A stretch of 56,894 bases of DNA from Candidatus Moraniibacteriota bacterium (GTDB lineage: Bacteria > Patescibacteriota > Minisyncoccia > Moranbacterales > UBA1568), in the NCBI GenBank assembly GCA_903854995.1, contig CAINXS010000065.1, positions 1-56,894 of the forward strand. Direction: 5' to 3'. Shown here one piece after another: positions 53,463 to 56,894 of this stretch. The notes under the pieces were generated by a model. That model did no database searches. It was not told where the DNA came from and saw only the letters and a program-made list of their open reading frames with translations. The first letter of the stretch is position 1; every line of letters begins with the position of its first letter. The translations under genes were made by a program, and so were the position numbers.

Positions 53463-54062
53463 TCACGCAGAGGGGGATTTCTGCCGGCGCTTCGTCGGTG
53501 TGAGCACCTCCAGCACGGCATTAAAGAACAGCTGTCCGTAGTCGGGTGGCTTCGGCATCCTCAGGCTGCGGCGTTCCAAGATGTCTTCCTTCGGTATTTC
53601 CTCGAAAAACTTCGGAACCTGCTCAAAAAAAGCGCTGAGCTTGCTTTCCAGCCATACTCCTGCATGTCGGATGTTGATTTTTTCGTCGCCGATGATGACA
53701 AGCGCCTCGTCAAGGAAATCAATGTCTTTCAACATTCTCAAGACGTCGCCGGCGTCGTCCGAGCCCTTTGGACATGGTATCAAGACCAGTGCAAAGCTCT
53801 TGTTTTCATCCGGAAAAAGCTGTTCGCCTGGAACCGCGATCCAGGATTTCTGATTGACTGTAACCCGAAGGAATTTTCTGAAAACGAATTCGGAAGTTGT
53901 TTCGGTCTTGGAGCCGAAATTGATCCTGAACGACTTATGCCCCAGTCCAACTTCGCTTTTACTTGGGGTTTTCCTCTCCTCCCTCCTTTTTAGTAACTGG
54001 TAGGTCGTTCTGACGAGGTTTTTTCCGGGAATAGAAAATGCTTGGAATGTGTGACGGTTCAT
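53463..54062 (-). CDS. Hypothetical protein (199 aa)
   Basis: ORF co-directional with and immediately upstream of the tandem ATPase gene. No recognisable motifs. Confidence 0.45.
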   Translation of the reverse strand: MNRHTFQAFSIPGKNLVRTTYQLLKRREERKTPSKSEVGLGHKSFRINFGSKTETTSEFVFRKFLRVTVNQKSWIAVPGEQLFPDENKSFALVLIPCPKGSDDAGDVLRMLKDIDFLDEALVIIGDEKINIRHAGVWLESKLSAFFEQVPKFFEEIPKEDILERRSLRMPKPPDYGQLFFNAVLEVLTPTKRRQKSPSA

Positions 54063-54094
54063 GGGGCGGATTTGTTAAGGTGTTTCTTCGAATG

Positions 54095-54120
54095 CAAAAA
54101 AGCCTGTGTGCAGGCTTTGT
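54095..54120 (-). terminator. Intrinsic terminator after the DHH-like gene
   Basis: On the minus strand, AAGCCTG-CACA-CAGGCTT is followed by TTTTTGC. Confidence 0.7.
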
Positions 54121-54167
54121 TTCAAGGGTAGGGGAAGTCGGTTGTTCGGTCAAGGTTTAGTGGATGA

Positions 54168-55313
54168 TCAGCCCGCCTCCGACGCACGTCGTATCGTGTC
54201 GAGCAATCCAGCCTCGGCATCCGCGCCGGTCGGGTACGGCAGCGCAAAGGACAGCATGTCGCCCCGGAGATTCGCACCGGGAATACGTGCCGCGAGGGCG
54301 GTGGCGATGGCGGTCTCGGACGTGCGGACGACGATTGCCGAAACAGCCGGCGTTTCCGGATAGATGGCGGCGAACAGCGTCCCGGACGAGAAGTTTGCCC
54401 GGACCTTGTCGAGGATTTCCGGGAGGTCTTCCGGACGGGTTCGGCTCTGGATGAAATCATCGAGTGAAAGCGTGGCATAGGCGAGGCGGAGGCCTTCGTC
54501 CCACTTCAGGGCGGACATGAACCGGCCCCACAACTTGAGGACGCCGAACGGCTGGGTCTTGTAGAGCGCCAGGACGATCTTCTCGCGGTCCGCGCCGAGC
54601 TCAATGAGGCGGGAAGCTGCCTGGAGCGCTTTCGGGGTCGTGTTTTTTCTCTGAAAACTGTCGGTCGCGGCGATAATGCCGGTCAGGAGGCTTTCGGCTA
54701 CCGAGTCGCTGATCCGAGTCGGATCTACGGAGAGCAGCGATTCGAAAAGGATTTCGGAAACCGAGGACGCGGTCATGTCTACGAGATTCACCTGCCCGAA
54801 ACGCTCGTTTCCGGCGGACGTATCGATATCCGCAATCGGAATCTCATAAAAAATATCCGGGTTTTCGACATATATCGACCCAAGCGATTCCTTGTCGGCC
54901 GACCCGATCACGAACGCGACGTCATATTGGAGTCTGGCGGGGATGAACGAAAAATCTCGTGGATCGATGGTGCCGCGCTCCGGTGTGATATGGATGCGGA
55001 ATTCGTTTCCGTCCTGCTCACTTCGTATGCCGAGGATGCGGTTTCGGTCCGTATTGAACGACAGGACGAACTCTCGGGTTCCGGAGAGCGAATCCAAGAC
55101 GTCGGCCGGCAGGCCGAGGAATGCGAGCTCTTGGATATGTGCGGACAAGCCTTCTCCGACGACGGTCGCGGCTTTTCCGGATGCCGAGATGAATCGTTCG
55201 AGGGCGAGTGCGGACGCAAGCGCGTCTTTCGACGGATGGGCTGGAAGAAGAATGAGCGGGTGTTCGCTCTTTCGTACGAGTTCGGCAAACTGTTCGACCG
55301 GGGAGAGGGACAT
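54168..55313 (-). CDS. DHH/DHHA1-like protein with degenerate catalytic motifs
   Basis: 381 aa, colinear with NrnA-type proteins (HPLILLPAHPSKDALASALAL... for motif I). The DxD, DHH and GGGH signatures are not conserved (see findings). Confidence 0.6.
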   Translation of the reverse strand: MSLSPVEQFAELVRKSEHPLILLPAHPSKDALASALALERFISASGKAATVVGEGLSAHIQELAFLGLPADVLDSLSGTREFVLSFNTDRNRILGIRSEQDGNEFRIHITPERGTIDPRDFSFIPARLQYDVAFVIGSADKESLGSIYVENPDIFYEIPIADIDTSAGNERFGQVNLVDMTASSVSEILFESLLSVDPTRISDSVAESLLTGIIAATDSFQRKNTTPKALQAASRLIELGADREKIVLALYKTQPFGVLKLWGRFMSALKWDEGLRLAYATLSLDDFIQSRTRPEDLPEILDKVRANFSSGTLFAAIYPETPAVSAIVVRTSETAIATALAARIPGANLRGDMLSFALPYPTGADAEAGLLDTIRRASEAG

Positions 55314-55619
55314 AGGCGGGGGAGTAAGTCAGAGAGGGTGCGTCGTATTCTCGCAGAGCTTCCGGGAGTCGGTCTGTCCATGTGCCGGAATACGCCTGTG
55401 AAGGGGTAAAATAGCAGGGAAAAACAGTCATGTCAAATGTCCGTGCCCGGTTGGAAGTCGAAAGCGAAAAGTGAAAAGCGCGTCGCGAAAAACGCACGCC
55501 TGACTGAGCCGTCGAAAGTCTTGTTCACGCGGGCTCGACGAGGTCGCACTTCAGGCGATCACGATGACAGGAGCGGAAATATAGGCTATGCTGCGGGAAA
55601 TGACCAATAGCGCCGACGT

Positions 55620-56054
55620 ATGGACATCATTTCGCATTCCGAGGAAGAGACGAAAATAATCGCGCGTGATTTCGCGAAAAAGATACCTGCCGCGAGCGTC
55701 GTCGCGCTTCACGGCGATCTCGGCGCCGGAAAAACGTCGTTCTCGGCTGGTGTTTTGGCAGCCCTCGGCGCCGTTGGGCCTTTCCAAAGCCCCACGTTCG
55801 TCATCATGCACCGCTATGACCTGGCAACCCCTTCCGCACAGGGAATCCGGCGCGTGTATCATATCGACGCGTACCGCATCGACGATCCGGACGACCTCGT
55901 CCGGCTCGGTTTCGAGGAGTGGACTTCTGATTCGGAAGGGCTGGTGCTTATCGAATGGCCCGAGCGTGTCGAGTCACTGTTGCCGGAGCATGCCGTCGCC
56001 GTTTCATTCGAGACCGTTTCGGAGACGGAGCGGAGGATTTCGTGGAAAAACTGA
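55620..56054 (+). CDS. tsaE: tRNA t6A37 biosynthesis protein TsaE (ATPase)
   Basis: 144 aa. VVALHGDLGAGKTSFSAGV, SPTFVIMHRY, YHIDAYRI, LIEWPE. Confidence 0.9.
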   Translation: MDIISHSEEETKIIARDFAKKIPAASVVALHGDLGAGKTSFSAGVLAALGAVGPFQSPTFVIMHRYDLATPSAQGIRRVYHIDAYRIDDPDDLVRLGFEEWTSDSEGLVLIEWPERVESLLPEHAVAVSFETVSETERRISWKN

Positions 56055-56089
56055 CAACTCACAACTTACAACTGACAATAGGTGACAAA
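56052..56089 (+). repeat. Degenerate tandem heptamer array TGACAAC-TCACAAC-TTACAAC-TGACAAT-(AGG)-TGACAAA
   Basis: Direct reading. The first unit contains the tsaE TGA stop. The unit is the same (TGACAAC) as the array downstream of gyrA (827-861, read on the gyrA strand). Confidence 0.85.
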
Positions 56090-56097
56090 TCGGATAC

Positions 56098-56131
56098 GAA
56101 AAAGACGAGGCGCGTGCCTCGTCTTTTCGTT
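56098..56131. terminator. Strong bidirectional intrinsic terminator
   Basis: 13-bp stem GAAAAGACGAGGC / GCCTCGTCTTTTC with loop GCGT, and A/T runs on both sides. Confidence 0.8.
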
Positions 56132-56705
56132 TCCATTCTTCGTTCTGCGGACAAGCAAGGCGGCTTGACCCTCCCGAAGGAGAGAGATCTTCCGGAGGGT
56201 CGAGGGGGACGCGAACGCGTCCCGGGCCGCGGAAGTAGTGGTTTCGACTCGCGAAGACCTGTACAGGGTCCGTATGTCGCGGATCGGCTCGTCCGCAGGA
56301 CGAGAAACGGAACGGGGAAGGTACGGAAGTGTAGGATAAGGAGTGAGAAGTGAGGGAAAGCGGAATCCTCTTCTCCCGGAGGGAGAAGAGGATTCTATTC
56401 TCACTCCATGCTACTCACTACTTTCTACTGGTTTTCTTTGCCAACTTTCCACTCCGCACTTCTATTCCTCACTATGAACATTCCTTCGCAAAGAAATGCT
56501 CAATGGTGAGGGAGAGCGTAAACCAAAGCCCCCCCGTATTAACTGTTTCCGCCTCCTCAGCGGACCTCGTTTGCTCAAAGCGCAAATGAGTGGGGAAAAA
56601 AAGTTTGTCTTCACCGAAGCGTTTCTTCGCGTGGTACGGTGGTGAGCATCGACAGCCATACGGAGTTTCCATACCCTCCGTACACCCTGTCTAACAGGGA
56701 GATTT

Positions 56706-56750
56706 CCTCCTTCCCGATTATTACGGGAGGGATTTCTTCTCCTCTTTTTT
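56706..56750 (+). terminator. Intrinsic-terminator-like hairpin plus T-rich tract
   Basis: TCCTTCCCG-ATTATTA-CGGGAGGGA followed by TTTCTTCTCCTCTTTTTTCG. Confidence 0.5.
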
Positions 56751-56894
56751 CGATTGCCCACAACGAAAATCTTCTGTAACTTATCCTAGCGTTGTATACA
56801 AAACAAAAGACCGGTTCAATGGAAGGTGTCTAAGCCGAACCATTAACCGATCTCTTGTATGCACAAGAATACCAGACTCCTCCCGTATATGCGA

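Noticed and set aside
55314-55619. 306-bp divergent spacer between the DHH-like gene and tsaE, as a possible ncRNA locus
   Set aside because: I found no strong promoter-plus-terminator pair and no extended helices comparable to the 49.5-kb or 56.1-kb regions. It is most simply two divergent promoter regions.
56222-56260. tmRNA-like 5' motif (GGGCCGCGGAAGTAGTGGTTTCGAC)
   Set aside because: No GGTTCGA-type T arm, complementary acceptor 3' strand with G3:U70 geometry, or tag reading frame ending in a typical ...AA-stop was found within 250-450 nt on the same strand. It is kept only as part of the unassigned structured region.

Overview
The window looks like an origin-proximal chromosomal segment of a small-genome bacterium that uses the standard genetic code. 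TGA is used as a stop codon, for example at gyrA and tsaE. The classical rpmH-rnpA-yidC-jag | dnaA-dnaN core lies at about 32.3-37.2 kb. Around it are housekeeping genes: gyrA, rpsA, gmk, tilS, ftsH, rbfA, nrnA, a family-4 UDG, rplS, an RluD-type synthase, ruvC, yebC, ruvB and tsaE. There is also a peroxiredoxin-SOD pair, a PBP1A, and a surface-glycan cluster (flippase, two GT2 enzymes, two O-antigen-ligase-like proteins). Ten tRNA genes are present. The gene content (VirB2/TrbC-like pilin fusion, many secreted or membrane hypotheticals, no biosynthetic operons) resembles Patescibacteria/CPR, but that placement is inference only.

The points most worth a second look are:
1. A tightly coupled five-gene operon at 40975-46145. 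It combines a 7TM protein, three ATP-grasp ligases (one fused to a retropepsin-like domain) and a Mur-ligase-like protein. The middle two genes look like a split cyanophycin-synthetase.
2. A 600-bp AT-rich non-coding island carrying ten parS-type palindromes (TGTTYCACGTGGAACA), about 21 kb from dnaA.
3. A 1008-aa protein made of two complete PilB/GspE secretion-ATPase modules fused in tandem.
4. A minus-strand tRNA cluster littered with tRNA-gene fragments. These include inverted copies of the tRNA-Gly 3' end that close highly structured ~115-145 nt elements.
5. A promoter-to-terminator ~280-nt structured RNA just upstream of a SET-domain gene.
6. TGACAAC heptamer arrays placed between a stop codon and a terminator at two unlinked loci.
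7. A ~650-nt ORF-poor, hairpin-dense region at the right edge.

All protein assignments come from reading motifs by eye. No database, HMM or covariance-model search was possible.
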